A stretch of DNA of 64,000 nt from an uncultured Planctomycetaceae bacterium (GTDB lineage: Bacteria; Planctomycetota; Planctomycetia; Planctomycetales; Planctomycetaceae), in contig CAWFAK010000007.1 of the NCBI GenBank assembly GCA_963813715.1, positions 1,053,126-1,117,125 on the forward strand, given 5' to 3'. How positions within the stretch are numbered: position 1 is the first letter of the stretch; each line of letters starts with the position of its first letter. The notes beneath the pieces were generated by a model, which did not search any database, was not told the origin of the DNA, and worked only from the letters and a program-made list of their open reading frames with translations. Positions 34,059 to 46,803 of the stretch are shown one piece after another. Both the position numbers and the translations under genes were made by a program.

Positions 34059-34603
34059 CGCGGCCCTCCCGCCAGCGGAACGATTAAAGTGCCGCCTGGA
34101 GTCCGACGGGATTCGACTCGCGTTCCGTCCGCGCCGAACGTTTCTGCCACTCGATACCAGCGGATCTCGGCACGCGAGACGGGCCGCCCCGGAACGAGAC
34201 TCTCCGCCCGCCCGCGCAACCAGGCCCGTAGCGACGCTTTGTTTTCCGCAGAATTGCGCGACAGGTTTCCAGCCGCAAACCCGGGAAAAATCGTCTCTTG
34301 AATGCGGCGAATTCGTGAAGCCTTGGTGGGAGTGGGGGCTGTGTCGCTTGTCGGCCGCAGCGCGTTTGCGGCGATGGCCGCGCGGTGACCGTCGGGAAAC
34401 TCGGCGAGCAGCTCGTTCGGAGTAAACGAGAACTCCTGTCCTGCGGAAATGAACACCGCGTCGTACTGCGTCATCTCCACGGCGCCGTCGCGATAGCCGC
34501 TGCTGCCGGAAAACGTCGGCATCGTGAGGGCCGGATACGGTTCGCCAAAAAAGTGAATGAACGCGCACTGGACGGCGAGCAAACCGCCGACGACGGCAAA
34601 CAC
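34055..34603 (-). CDS. Membrane-anchored hypothetical protein translationally coupled to the HTTM-like gene
   Basis: N-terminal hydrophobic helix followed by EPYPALTMPTF; GTGA stop/start overlap at 34055-34058. Confidence 0.65.
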   Translation of the reverse strand: MFAVVGGLLAVQCAFIHFFGEPYPALTMPTFSGSSGYRDGAVEMTQYDAVFISAGQEFSFTPNELLAEFPDGHRAAIAANALRPTSDTAPTPTKASRIRRIQETIFPGFAAGNLSRNSAENKASLRAWLRGRAESLVPGRPVSRAEIRWYRVAETFGADGTRVESRRTPGGTLIVPLAGGPR

Positions 34604-34679
34604 GGCGCCACGCGGGGCGTGAGGCAGGGTTCCGCCATCAGATCGCCGCGTTGTTCCCGATCACTCATCGCAGTCAGAT

Positions 34680-35798
34680 TCATTCGCCGAAAGACGGATA
34701 TGGTCCGCCCCGCGTCCGCAGGCGACGTGTAACTTGGGCGATCGATTCGGCGGCCCGAAACCCGAGCGAGTGATAAACCAGGCGATAGGCCCGCGGGAAA
34801 CAACCCGAGGCGTCGAGCCGGTACTTCGGGTGCTTGCTACGGGCCAGCTCGGCCACTCGTCGTGAGGCCTGCCGGTCGATTTGGTACAGTCCGCGAGCCG
34901 ATTCGATGCGACCGTGGGCAATCGCGTCGCGGCGTTCCTCGGTCAGCTCGCCTTTGGCTTGCAGGTGTTCTTCCACCGCGTCGATGATCGCCAATCGCAG
35001 CATCAACGTGCGATACGGGTCCTTGCGGCAAACCGTAGTTGAACTCCAGAGCCGATAGACGGCTCCCGCCGTCGGGCAGAACTGGAAACGCTTGTTCGCG
35101 ACCAGCATCCGCAGGTAAAGCTCGTACTCCTGGCAGCTGGGCTGGTCGGGACGCCAATTGCCCACGTCGACGATCGCCGCCCGGCGCCACAGCGGACCAC
35201 CCGTGCGCGGCAAGAGGCCGCGGACCAGGTGGACCCAAAGGTCGTGCGGCTCCGGGATCGACGGCCGCTCTTGCCACAACTTTTGGTTGTCTTTCCAGTA
35301 CTGCAGGATCATCGGAGCGTAGGCGACGTCGACCTTCGTCCGGTCGAATTGGTTTAGTTGCCGCTCGATCTTGTCGGGCAGCAGGTAATCGTCGGCGTCG
35401 AGATACTGGACCCATTCGCCATCGGACAATTCGAGCAGCCGGTTCCGCGCGACGTTCCCGCCAAGGTTGGGACCCGTTTCGACGCGAATTGCGTCGCCGA
35501 ACGAACGAATGATGGGCAGGCTGCCGTCCGTCGAGCCGTCGTCGACGACCACGACCTCCTTGTTCGGCCAGGTCTGCTCGAGGGCCGATTGAATGGCCTG
35601 CTGAATCCAGCGTGCCGCGTTGTAACACGGGATGAGAATGCTGACTTTGGGCTCCGCGAAGCGCGGCGTGCTCTGTTGTTCGCGGACAACGTTGCCCGAG
35701 ACCGCTGTCGACGTCGATCCGGCTGAGTCGCCGGTCATCGGCTCGGGACCAGAGCGGCCATTCGCAGGAAAGCCAGGAAGATCGGTTCGGTTCATCAT
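34680..35798 (-). CDS. Glycosyltransferase family 2
   Basis: SILIPCYNA, VVDDGSTD and YLDADD. Confidence 0.9.
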   Translation of the reverse strand: MMNRTDLPGFPANGRSGPEPMTGDSAGSTSTAVSGNVVREQQSTPRFAEPKVSILIPCYNAARWIQQAIQSALEQTWPNKEVVVVDDGSTDGSLPIIRSFGDAIRVETGPNLGGNVARNRLLELSDGEWVQYLDADDYLLPDKIERQLNQFDRTKVDVAYAPMILQYWKDNQKLWQERPSIPEPHDLWVHLVRGLLPRTGGPLWRRAAIVDVGNWRPDQPSCQEYELYLRMLVANKRFQFCPTAGAVYRLWSSTTVCRKDPYRTLMLRLAIIDAVEEHLQAKGELTEERRDAIAHGRIESARGLYQIDRQASRRVAELARSKHPKYRLDASGCFPRAYRLVYHSLGFRAAESIAQVTRRLRTRGGPYPSFGE

Positions 35799-35893
35799 TG
35801 GGTTCGAGCAACACGCTCGACGTCTTGCCGTCGGCAAAGCTAAACGCGGGACGCTTACGTCAATTGTGGAGAGGGATAGGCGGGAGGCGGGAA

Positions 35894-37201
35894 CTATGAG
35901 GCTGAGAGCGTCGATTCGGCCGCTTCGCTCGCGGCGCGGGGCTGGAAGTGCACCTCGTGTTCGGCGGCGAAGAGCCCTTCGCCCTGGGCTGGCAGTTGGC
36001 CCGTGCCGAAGAAGTTGCCTCCTTCGACATAAAACACTCCCGCGTTGCGGACGCAATCGATGATTTCACCGTTGACCATGGCCTGAACAGTGAACCGGTA
36101 GCAGCCCGGCAACAGCGGCAACTTGGGCACGACGAACGTGACCGTTCCGCCGTCCGGTTCGACCAGGCTCAGATCCGAGCGGACCAGGCGGGAGTCGAGC
36201 AGCAACACGCGCTGGGCCAGTTCGTTCTCGACGCCCAGCGACACGCGCATATTGCGGAGCGTCCGCTGCGATTGCGTCTCGAATTGCAGCGTGAGCGCCG
36301 CAGGCGCGCCACACTGGAAGTTCATGACGCTCTCGCCGCTGCCGTTGGAGAAGGACACGGACTTGAAACGGATCTCGCCCGTCCCCTGCCGATCGTGCCG
36401 ATCCTGCAGCGGTTGCATCGCGCCGCGGCTCACGGACCGCAGGTAGCGTTCGACGATGGTCGACGTGGGGCCGCTGTCTCGCAGCCTGCCCTCCGACAGC
36501 CAGATCGCCGACGTGCACATGGCCTCGACGGCCGCCATCTGATGGCTGACGAATAAAATGGTCCGACCCGATTGGGCCACGCCGCTCATCTTGCCCAAGC
36601 ATTTGTTCTGAAACGCCTGGTCACCGACGGCCAGCACCTCGTCGACGATCAGAATTTCCGGATCGAGGTGGGCCGCCACGCTGAAGGCCAATCGCACGCT
36701 CATCCCCGAGGAGTAGCGCTTGACCGGCGTGTCGAGAAACTTTTCGACCTCGGCAAAGGCCACGATTTCATCGAACTTGCGGCGGACTTCCGCGCGGCTC
36801 ATCCCCAGGATCGAGCCGTTGAGGAAAATGTTCTCGCGACCGGTCAGCTCCGGATGGAATCCCGTGCCGACCTCCAGCAGGCTGCCGATCCGCCCCATGA
36901 TCTCGACGCGGCCTTCGGTCGGCTCGGTGATCTGCGAGAGGATCTTGAGGATCGTGCTCTTGCCGGCCCCGTTATGCCCGATGATCCCCACCACTTCGCC
37001 CGGTTTCAGCTCGAATGAAATGTCGCAAAGCGCCCAGAACGATTCGTCCTCGGTCGAGCGTCCCGAGAGGGACTTGAATCGCTTGAGCGGATTCGTGATG
37101 AAGCCGGCGAGCGTTTCGCGGAGCGTCGTGTATCCGCTTTCGCGCGCACCGAGCTGGTAGTGCTTGCCCAACCCCTCAACACGTATGGCGAAATCACTCA
37201 T
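35894..37201 (-). CDS. wzt: Polysaccharide ABC transporter ATP-binding protein with Wzt_C-like domain (first set)
   Basis: GHNGAGKST, YSSGMSVRL, ILIVDEVL and a C-terminal domain. Confidence 0.93.
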   Translation of the reverse strand: MSDFAIRVEGLGKHYQLGARESGYTTLRETLAGFITNPLKRFKSLSGRSTEDESFWALCDISFELKPGEVVGIIGHNGAGKSTILKILSQITEPTEGRVEIMGRIGSLLEVGTGFHPELTGRENIFLNGSILGMSRAEVRRKFDEIVAFAEVEKFLDTPVKRYSSGMSVRLAFSVAAHLDPEILIVDEVLAVGDQAFQNKCLGKMSGVAQSGRTILFVSHQMAAVEAMCTSAIWLSEGRLRDSGPTSTIVERYLRSVSRGAMQPLQDRHDRQGTGEIRFKSVSFSNGSGESVMNFQCGAPAALTLQFETQSQRTLRNMRVSLGVENELAQRVLLLDSRLVRSDLSLVEPDGGTVTFVVPKLPLLPGCYRFTVQAMVNGEIIDCVRNAGVFYVEGGNFFGTGQLPAQGEGLFAAEHEVHFQPRAASEAAESTLSAS

Positions 37202-37264
37202 CGGACTTCTCGAACCTGACGATCAACAGCGCTGCCTTGGAGTCCAGGTGTTGGACGCAACGCA

Positions 37265-38183
37265 TCAAACAATGTCGGCGAAGCGGCGTTCCGTCTTGCG
37301 GAAGTACAACAGTCCGGCCGCCAGAAAGATCAGCATGACCGCGGTGGAAACGGTGACCGACGTCCAGTCGAGCTCTTCACCCATCAGCGTGGAACGAAAG
37401 CCGCTGATCATTCCCACCATCGGATTGAGGGCATAGAGGGCCCGGTAGCGTTCGGGCACCACCGACACCGGGTAGGCTACGGGGCTGGCGAACATCCAGA
37501 TCTGGACCAGGAATGCCAGCACGTAGCGAAAGTCGCGATAGACAATGACTAGCGCCGCCAAGAGCGTCCCGAAGCCGACCGTCGTCAGAACCGTACCGAC
37601 GAAGAAAATCGGCGAGAGCAGCAGGCTGGCGTGAAAGCCGACGCCGTACCAAATCATCAGCACCAACAGCATGACGAACGACACGCCAAAATCGACGATG
37701 CCGTTTCCCATCGAGGCGATCGGCAGAATCAGGCGGGGGAAATAGACCTTATTCACCAGGTTGGCGTTGGCCATCAAGCTCTGCCCGGCCTGGGTCACGG
37801 CCGTGGCAAACAGAGTCCAGGGAAGCAATCCGGCAAAGACGAACACCGGATACGAACCCTTCACGCTATGCGACATGCCCCCCAGGCGGCCGAAGAAAAT
37901 CGTGAAGACGGCCATCATCAGGAGTGGCTGGATGATCGCCCACATCGCCCCCAGCACGGTTTGCTTGTAACGAATCTTGACGTCGCGCCAGATGAGGTAG
38001 CCCATCAGTTCGCGATAGCGCCACAGCTCGCGAAAATCGACCATCCGCCAGCCCGACCGGGGCTCGATGATCGTGTGCTTCAGTCGCGGGACCGAAGGAA
38101 TCCTGCGCGACAATGGGCTCGACCTCCGCTGCGGTGGCGAGCGGAACGGCGGGCGGCAGAGAGGTGACGATCTCTTCGGACAT
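37265..38183 (-). CDS. wzm: Polysaccharide ABC transporter permease (first set)
   Basis: ELWRYREL, RDVKIRYKQTVLG, KVYFPR, LNPM and ERRFADIV. Likely start is MSEE at 38183, with an indel near 38100. Confidence 0.92.
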
Positions 38184-38276
38184 CTTCGTTAGCGGTTCGC
38201 CGGACGTGGGAAATATGGCGCCGCGGCGCGGGATGGCGCGGCCGCGTCGCAAGGTGCGGTCTTACAGATTTCGCTT

Positions 38277-38960
38277 TTAGAGCTCACGATTGAACTCGTA
38301 AATCCGCCGGGCCAGGTCAAGCAGCCTCGTTTGGACATCGCCGGTCTCGTTGGTCTGCAGCAGCGTCTTGACCAGGGGCGGCCATTCGCGGCGTCCCCAC
38401 AGCGTCCGATGCAGTTGGCGAGCACCGTTGCGGTCGACGTAAGTTCCCGCTTCCAACTGGTACCAATAAGCCACGGCCACCCGCTGCACACCCTGTTGAT
38501 AGTGCTGAATCACCAAATGGACGGCTGGCGCGTCCGGCAACGTCGTGGTTTCGCTTTGCAGCAGTTCCCAACCGTTGTTCGTATAACAGAGCTCGGGGGT
38601 GTGCGGGGTCCAATCGTCCTGGGACGTCCAAGCCGCCCGATGCACGAAGACGACGGCACCGGCGGACTCCGCGTAACGCCGTTCGTTGTGATCAATGGCT
38701 CCCACGTTGGCGAACGCCGCATCCACCTGCAACTCGGTGCCGGACCAGGGTCCGATCACGTGCGGCAGGTCCGAGAGGGCATGCAGCGGCGCTCGCGCGG
38801 TCGATGTCAAAAACAACGCCTTGACGACCCACCCGCCTCCCTGGATCAACGCCACGCAGGCGACGGCCAGCCAGATAGCCCGGCTCAGGCTGCCGCCATT
38901 CGCACGAGTAGCCGGTTCCGCGGTGGGCTGAGGCAAGTGCGGCGAAAGAGTAGTGGTCAT
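38277..38960 (-). CDS. epsI: Exosortase-associated EpsI-family protein
   Basis: One TM segment, then LPHVIGPW, HTPELCYTNNGW and VAYWYQ. Confidence 0.82.
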   Translation of the reverse strand: MTTTLSPHLPQPTAEPATRANGGSLSRAIWLAVACVALIQGGGWVVKALFLTSTARAPLHALSDLPHVIGPWSGTELQVDAAFANVGAIDHNERRYAESAGAVVFVHRAAWTSQDDWTPHTPELCYTNNGWELLQSETTTLPDAPAVHLVIQHYQQGVQRVAVAYWYQLEAGTYVDRNGARQLHRTLWGRREWPPLVKTLLQTNETGDVQTRLLDLARRIYEFNREL

Positions 38961-39031
38961 GAGAAGCGGTTCACGATCAGCGAGAACTGTTGAGCGCCGA
39001 CCACTGGAGTCCGGCGGCGCCCGGCGCGGGC

Positions 39032-40065
<1,034 letters not shown>

Positions 40066-40187
40066 TGTGACTGATCATTCAGATACTTCCTCGAACGCAG
40101 AGAGCTTGTCGATCAAAGATGAATGAAAACCAATGGTCGGAATAAGAGCTGACGACGTGATAAGGCGCGGCTGGAAGACACGGTTCG

Positions 40188-41273
40188 TCACGCGCTGCCG
40201 ATCGTCTTGGCGGCGGCCGTCGCGCTGCGCTCGATCCGGTCGCGGTGGCGCTCGTACCAGGCCAAGGTCTCGATCAACCCATCCCGCAGGCGAGTCGATG
40301 CCTTAAAGCCGAACTCGCGTTCGGCGCGAGACGCGTCCAGGCAGCGCCGCGGCTGCCCATCGGGCTGCGAGGGATCCCAGCGAATCTCGCCGGTGAAGCC
40401 GCCCAGGTCGCAGATCATTTCGGCCAGTTCCCGGATGGTGATTTCCTGGCCGGAGCCGAGGTTGACGGGTTCCGGCTTGTTGTAGGTCTCGGTGGCCAGC
40501 GCGATCGCCTTGGCGGCGTCGCGGACGAAGAGGAACTCCCGCGAGGCAGCTCCGGTGCCCCAGACGTCGATGTGAGCGGCGCCGGCGTCCCGGGCCTCCA
40601 CCACCTTGCGGATCAAGGCGGGAATGACGTGGCTGGAGCCGGGATCGAAATTGTCGCGAGGCCCGTACAAGTTGACGGGTAGCAGCGTGATCGCGTTGAG
40701 GCCGTATTGCTGGCGATAGGCCTGGGCCTGGACCAGCAGCATCTTCTTCGCCAGCCCATAGGGGGCGTTGGTCTCTTCGGGATAACCGTCCCAGATCTGG
40801 TCTTCGCGAAACGGGACGCTGGTGAGCTTCGGATAGGAGCACATGGTGCCGACGGAAACGAATTTCTCGACGCCGGCGAGGCGCGCCTCCTCCATCAACT
40901 GCAGACCCATGATGGCGTTGTCGTAGAAGTAACGGCCCGGGTTCACGCGGTTCGCGCCGATCCCGCCGACGACCGCGGCCAGATGGACGATGATGGCCGG
41001 ATTGGCGTCTCGAATCAGGGCGCGGGCGGCGTCGCGGTCGCGCAGGTCGTAGTGGGCGCTGCGGGGCACCACGATCTCCGCCGGTTCGAATCGCTCGAGC
41101 GCACGGCAGACGAAGCGGCCCAGAAAGCCGGCCCCACCGGTGACGACGATCCGCTTGCCATGGAGAAAGCGGTTGCGCGATCGCTCGCCCGCGGTCGATT
41201 TCGGCGGGACAACGTCGATCCAATCGACCGTCAGCGTGCCTGTGTCCGACTCGTTCCGCGTGGTGATCTGCAC
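40188..41273 (-). CDS. fcl: GDP-L-fucose synthase (in frame with the upstream GT4; start uncertain)
   Basis: [36 protein letters not shown] and [10 protein letters not shown]. Confidence 0.92.
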   Translation of the reverse strand: MQITTRNESDTGTLTVDWIDVVPPKSTAGERSRNRFLHGKRIVVTGGAGFLGRFVCRALERFEPAEIVVPRSAHYDLRDRDAARALIRDANPAIIVHLAAVVGGIGANRVNPGRYFYDNAIMGLQLMEEARLAGVEKFVSVGTMCSYPKLTSVPFREDQIWDGYPEETNAPYGLAKKMLLVQAQAYRQQYGLNAITLLPVNLYGPRDNFDPGSSHVIPALIRKVVEARDAGAAHIDVWGTGAASREFLFVRDAAKAIALATETYNKPEPVNLGSGQEITIRELAEMICDLGGFTGEIRWDPSQPDGQPRRCLDASRAEREFGFKASTRLRDGLIETLAWYERHRDRIERSATAAAKTIGSA

Positions 41274-42688
41274 GTCGCCGCCCGGCTCGACCGGGCGTCC
41301 GTCCGCCGCGATCAAAGTTTCGCGCAAAAGGCGGGCGAACCGCAACGTCGAGCGCCGACGATCGTATTCCTCTTCGGCGAGGCGGCGGGCGCTGCGGCCC
41401 ATCGCTTTGCGCTCGGCCTCGTGATCGGCAAACCAACGAATGGTGTCGGCGAGGTCTGCGGGATGGCCCGGGGCAACCACCCGCCCCGTTCCGGACTCGG
41501 CCACGACGCGACTGGCTTCCGAGCGTTCGTCGGCGATCACGAGTGCCGGCACTCCCGCCGCAAGAATCCCATAGAGTTTGCTCGGCACCAGGCAGCCCGT
41601 CACGCGGGGATCGAGCGGCACGAGATGCACGTCCGCCGCACTCAAGCTGTGGGACAACTCAGCCAGCGGTTGGTAGTCGCGAAACCGCACGTTCGACAAC
41701 TGTTTGACCCGTGCCGTTTCTTCCAAGCGGGCTCGCGAGGCTCCGCCACCGATCAGCACCAGTTCGATCTGGGGTCGGTCGCGCAATCGCTCGGCCGTCT
41801 CGAGAATCTCATCGAGATTCTGGCAGAGGCCCATATTGCCCGAATACATGACCACGAACTTTCCGTCGAGCTGTTCGCGCTCGCGAAACCGATTGCGTCC
41901 GGCAACAGGCGCGATGCGAGTCGTGTCGACCCAGTTCGGCAGAGACGTAATCCGCTCGTCGGGAATTCCGCTGTCGGTGAGCAGGGCCCGCATGTCCTCA
42001 CCTAACACGATCACTCGGTCGGCCCGGCGGTAGACGGCAAATAGCGCACGACGCAACAGCCGCGTAAACCAGCCGTCCCGCACCTTGCCGACGGCGATCG
42101 CCACGTCGGGATAGATGTCCTGCAGGTAGACGACCAGTCGGCAGCCGTGCCACCACTGCAGACAACGGCCCAAAAGAGGCAACAGGAACGGGTCGGTCTC
42201 GACGACGACGATCTGCGGACGCGGCGCGAAGAGGGCCACCACGGCCGCGCCGAGAAAGTAGGTCAGCATGCTCAGGCCGCGCCCACGATCGAGCGCTTGC
42301 CCAGCTGCAAATGCGGCACGCGGCGGATGGTCACGCCCTGGTGCCGCTCGGCCCCCCACGACTTGTACGGAACGCCCGCGGGGTTTTGATTCGGCTGACC
42401 GGCGACGACGGTCAGGTCAAACTGGTCGGCCAGGTCTTCGCAAAGCTCGGTGAGCAGCTGCCCGGTCGCTTCGGCATCGGGCCAGTACGAGCGATTCAGG
42501 ATCAGGACCGAGGGCTTTGCACGAAGCGCTGCGGGCGTGCCGACTGCCTGCGCGCTGTCTGCCGGCAAATCGGCCGAAGCGCCGCGATCCTCGGCGTCAG
42601 AGCCCTCGACCGCGGTCGAGTCCTCCGCGGTTGCCGCTTTTGATGAGCGATCGGCGAATGGCGTTGTGGGCACGTTGACGGTTTGCAA
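41274..42688 (-). CDS. Glycosyltransferase family 4 (WbuB/WcaI-like); apparent frameshift near 42285
   Basis: NRSYWPD...[20 protein letters not shown] and [12 protein letters not shown]. Confidence 0.88.
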
Positions 42689-42739
42689 GGGGTGGCAGTC
42701 GATTCTCGCGTGAGGGATATCGAAGGTCGGGGCAGTTGG

Positions 42740-44290
42740 CTAACGGCGGGGGTCGCAGGCGGTCATGAGACCGATCCGGCCGACGCGATCGGGGTGATGA
42801 AATCGGCCGCGGTGCGGCGCGGCGTCAACAGGCTGGCTCCGGCGGACTGGAAAAAGACCGTCTCCAGCTGGGACTTCGACTGTCTCGAACAGGCAGAGAA
42901 TCTTTTCCAGATCCACGGCCGCAAGGTTGGGCAAGCGTTCGCCCGCCACGCGCAGATGGCCGATCCGGTGCCCGGCCGCCACCAGCGGCAGCTCGACACG
43001 CCAGGTGTCCTCCTCGTCGACGGCGCGCCGGGCCCACGAGGCGTGGAACCCTTCTTGAATCATCGGCGCGTTGAGGTTCAGCTCGAGATTATTGACCGGC
43101 AAATCGACGGCGGCTTCTTTGAGACCGCTCCACACGTGGGCCCATTGGCAGTTGCCCTGGAGATGCACAGCAGAGTCCGAATCGCCACCGCGTCGTCGCC
43201 CGTTGACGCGGAAAAACGAGCGTCCCAGAGATTGAAAACGCGAAGCGACCAGCTGCAACTCCGAATGGCCGAACATGCGCGAGACCACGAACATGACGAT
43301 GATCGCTCCGCCGCTGATGACGGCCACCATGTCGTTGCGCCAGGTGATGCTCGCCAGCACGGCCATCGCGCAGGCGCCTGAACCCAGAGCCACGATGCCC
43401 ACCGCGCTCGTGCTGCCAAAGCGTTCGGTCAGCCGATGATGTAAGTGGCCGCGGTCCCCGCTGAAGATGCTCCGGCCGGTCAGCTTGCGGCGCAGGAGCG
43501 CGGCCGTCGAATCGAACAGCGGAATCGACAACAAGCACAGGGGCACCGCCAACAGCACGGCGCCGGACCCCTTGTGCGAGGTTTGCACCGAAAGTGCTCC
43601 CACTAGCAGACCGATTAACATGCTCCCGGCGTCGCCCAGGAAAATTCGGGCACGGGGGAAGTTGTATCGTAGAAAGCCAAGCAGGCTGCCGCCGAAGGCC
43701 GCCGCGACGAGGGCATGCCCGCGGTGACCGTTCATTGCCGAGAGCACGACGATCGCCAGCGAGTCGATGATGCCGATCGTCGTCGCCAGACCATTAATGC
43801 CGTCGAGCAGATTGATCGAGTTAATCGCGGCCAGGAGCCAGATCAGCGTCACCGGAATGCTGATCAGACCCAGTTCGATCGTCCAGCCGAAGAATTGAAC
43901 CTTGTCGATCACCATGCCGCAAAGGACCAGGATGCTGCAGGCGAAGAGCTGGCCGAGGAGTTTTTGCCGGCCGCGGAGCCCGACCGCATCGTCGAGCACG
44001 CCCAAGAGCACGATGATCGTGCCGGCCGAGAAGAGGCCGATCAGGTCGTGAGAGCTGAGGCGCAGCGATGCAGCCGCCTCATCCCGCAACAGGAAGACGG
44101 GCACCACAACCGAAATCGTCGCCAGGTAGGCGACAATGCCGCCCCCCAGCGCAACCGGTCGCAGATGTAACTTGCGGCGGCTGTCGGGGTGGTCGGTCAG
44201 GCCCGTACGTTCACAGGCCCACCGAACAAACGGCACCAGCGACAGACTGACCGCACACGCGGCGCAGAAAGCTAACCCGATCGACGCCAT
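42740..44290 (-). CDS. WecA/MraY-family polyprenyl-phosphate HexNAc-1-P transferase with C-terminal extension
   Basis: RKLH, GVLDD, NLLDGINGL, FLGDAG and DRGHLHHRL. Confidence 0.9.
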   Translation of the reverse strand: MASIGLAFCAACAVSLSLVPFVRWACERTGLTDHPDSRRKLHLRPVALGGGIVAYLATISVVVPVFLLRDEAAASLRLSSHDLIGLFSAGTIIVLLGVLDDAVGLRGRQKLLGQLFACSILVLCGMVIDKVQFFGWTIELGLISIPVTLIWLLAAINSINLLDGINGLATTIGIIDSLAIVVLSAMNGHRGHALVAAAFGGSLLGFLRYNFPRARIFLGDAGSMLIGLLVGALSVQTSHKGSGAVLLAVPLCLLSIPLFDSTAALLRRKLTGRSIFSGDRGHLHHRLTERFGSTSAVGIVALGSGACAMAVLASITWRNDMVAVISGGAIIVMFVVSRMFGHSELQLVASRFQSLGRSFFRVNGRRRGGDSDSAVHLQGNCQWAHVWSGLKEAAVDLPVNNLELNLNAPMIQEGFHASWARRAVDEEDTWRVELPLVAAGHRIGHLRVAGERLPNLAAVDLEKILCLFETVEVPAGDGLFPVRRSQPVDAAPHRGRFHHPDRVGRIGLMTACDPRR

Positions 44291-44483
44291 TGGCCCGCAG
44301 CGTCCTTTCGGACTTCAGTCACTCCGAACGTCCCAGATCCCAAAACTCTTCAGGACCGGGTTCCCAAACGAACACCAATCTCCGTGAATCGCAACATCGC
44401 GTCGAAACGTCCGGCACGAACTTCCTCTCGTACCGGGGCCAAAGCGCTAACCAATTCGTTCCCGCTCGCAGACTGAATCCATT

Positions 44484-46678
44484 TCAAACCGACGAGGCCG
44501 TCGCGATTTTCGCCGTAATCGTCGGTGCGTAATAAACTTCGCCGGGCACGCCGATCATCACCGCGCCCAGAATGCGGACATCGAATGAACGCAAGAGCTC
44601 GCAGGCCGAGTTCACTCGGGGAATTTCGCTCACATCCCGTAGCAGGGAGATCACCACGCCGTCGGCATGCCGCGCGACAACGCGCGTGTCGACGATCGGC
44701 AGTACGGGCCCTGCGTCGATCACCACGTTGGTGTAGGCCTCGCGCAACTCGTCGACGATGCTCTTGACCAAGTCGTCGTTGCGACCCGAAAGCCCGCGAT
44801 GACCCCAGGCCCCGGCCGGCAGCAGGTAGAGGTTTTCGACCGGTGTCGACAACACGGCATCGAGCAGCTCGACCTGCCCGGCGAGCACTGCCCCGAGACC
44901 GGTGCGAAGTCGACGTCGAAGATGTTGTGCACCATCGGCCGTCGCAGGTCGAAGTCGACCAACACGGTCTTCCGACCCATCCCCGCGAAGCTGACCGCCA
45001 GGTTCACGGCAACGGTCGTTTTCCCCTCGCCGGCCACGGCGCTTGTGACGAGCACAACCTGATGCGACTCGGACGGGGAAAAGACGAGCCGGGCCACGAT
45101 CCCGTCGATCGCTTCCTCGAAGGCCGGATGTGCGGAGGTGTCGTTGCCTTGCGGCCGCCACACGTGCGGCACCGTCCCCAAGAGCGGCAGACGCAGCGAG
45201 TCGGCAATCTCGTGCATCGTGTTCAGACGCCGGCGGCGGAGGTCCCACAACACGACGAGGGCACAGCCGGCGGCAAAACCGGCGCCGCCGAAGCCCGCGC
45301 TCAGCATCCTCCGCCGTTTATGGTCGTCGCTGGGAATCGTCGTGGCGGGGCTGAGCTTCACCACGCGCGATTTCAGCGTGTTGATTTCGATGTTGGCTTC
45401 TTCCAGCTCCTTCTGAATGCGGCTGCGGAGATCGTCCAAGGCCTTGATTTCCGCCCGCATCAATTCGGCATCAACCGAGGAACGGCCGAACTTATCCGCC
45501 TCGGCCCGCAGCGTCGCGACCTTGACGGAGAGCTCCTTTTGCTGCGACTGCAGCACCTCCACGGAGGCGGCCGACAACTGGTCCGTCGCCAGGGCCGTGT
45601 TTTCCTTCTGCGCCGCGACCTCTCGCCTCAAGGCGATCTTGCGGCTGTCAATCTTTTTGCGCATCCGTTCGACGTTGGCCTGGTAGCTGGAAACGTATTC
45701 CTTCTCGGCGGCGCCGAACATCGTTTTCTTGGCCTCATCGATGTGGGCCTGCTGGCGGTCGAGCTCTGCCTTGGCGCTCACGATGCTGGGGTCGGTGAGT
45801 GCCGCCGCCTCAACCTCGGCATTCGTCACGGTGACGTTCGAGCCCGGCACCGATTGGCCGGCGTGTTCGCGGGCCTGTCGCGACCGCTGCGCCCGCTTCA
45901 AATCGAATTCGACCTGGTTGAGCTGCGTCCACAGGATCGAATACTCCTGCAACGTGTTTTTCTGCGCGAGCGTGAGGGCTTCGCTGTCGCCGGTGCCCAG
46001 CGTGTCGACCAGCTCTCGCAGGCCGGAACGCTTTTTACGCAAGCTGGCTTCGGTCTCGGTCTCTGCCTTTTGCAGGGTATTGATGCGATTCAGCTTTTCC
46101 TGGTGCTCGCCGTAGACGTGGTCCTGCAGGTAAACATCGACGATGGTGTCCGTCAGCGTTTCTGCTGTGCGCTGGTCCTCGCACGTGAAACTCACCTGCA
46201 TGATTTCGGCTTCGTCGGGGAACGTGACATTCACCGCATTTTGCAGCCAGGAGAGTGTGCCGATTTGCTGCGTGACGAGCGGCAATCGGGCAACCGCTTC
46301 GCGCTGGAGGGCGGCCGTCAGCACGCCCGGGCTCCGCAGCAGTTGGCGCTGCGTGCGTTTGTAGACCTCAAAGGCGGTCGATCCATCGTGGTTTTGTCCC
46401 TGTTCGAGGATCGTCGACTGGCCCATCGCGACCCGCAGCACGGCCGTGGCCGTCGAGAGACTCTTCACGCTGGACCACGCGGCGACCGCGCCCACCGACC
46501 CCAGAACGAGGCCGACCACACTCGCCGCCAGCCACCGCCGACGCAGCGCATGCGACGCTTCGCCGAGGAGGTTACGCTCCGGCGCGAACGGTGCCGCGTC
46601 GAGCGACACTTCGCCAATCGTCAGATCTCCGCGGCGCAGATCGGCCGAGGGAGTTGTGGTTCGCAAATCCGTCGTCAA
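44484..46678 (-). CDS. wzc: Wzc-like polysaccharide co-polymerase/tyrosine autokinase (apparent frameshift near 44900)
   Basis: TM, coiled coil and TM, then [26 protein letters not shown] and a C-terminal YY. Confidence 0.88.
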
Positions 46679-46803
46679 CTTACTGTCTCGATTGAGATTG
46701 GCTCGATTGACATTGGTCCGAACAAAAGCTGGCTTCGTCGCCAGAGAGGCTTACCGATAGAACAGTCAGCGATAGAAAACGGGGCGGCGGGTCTCGCCGG
46801 CGT

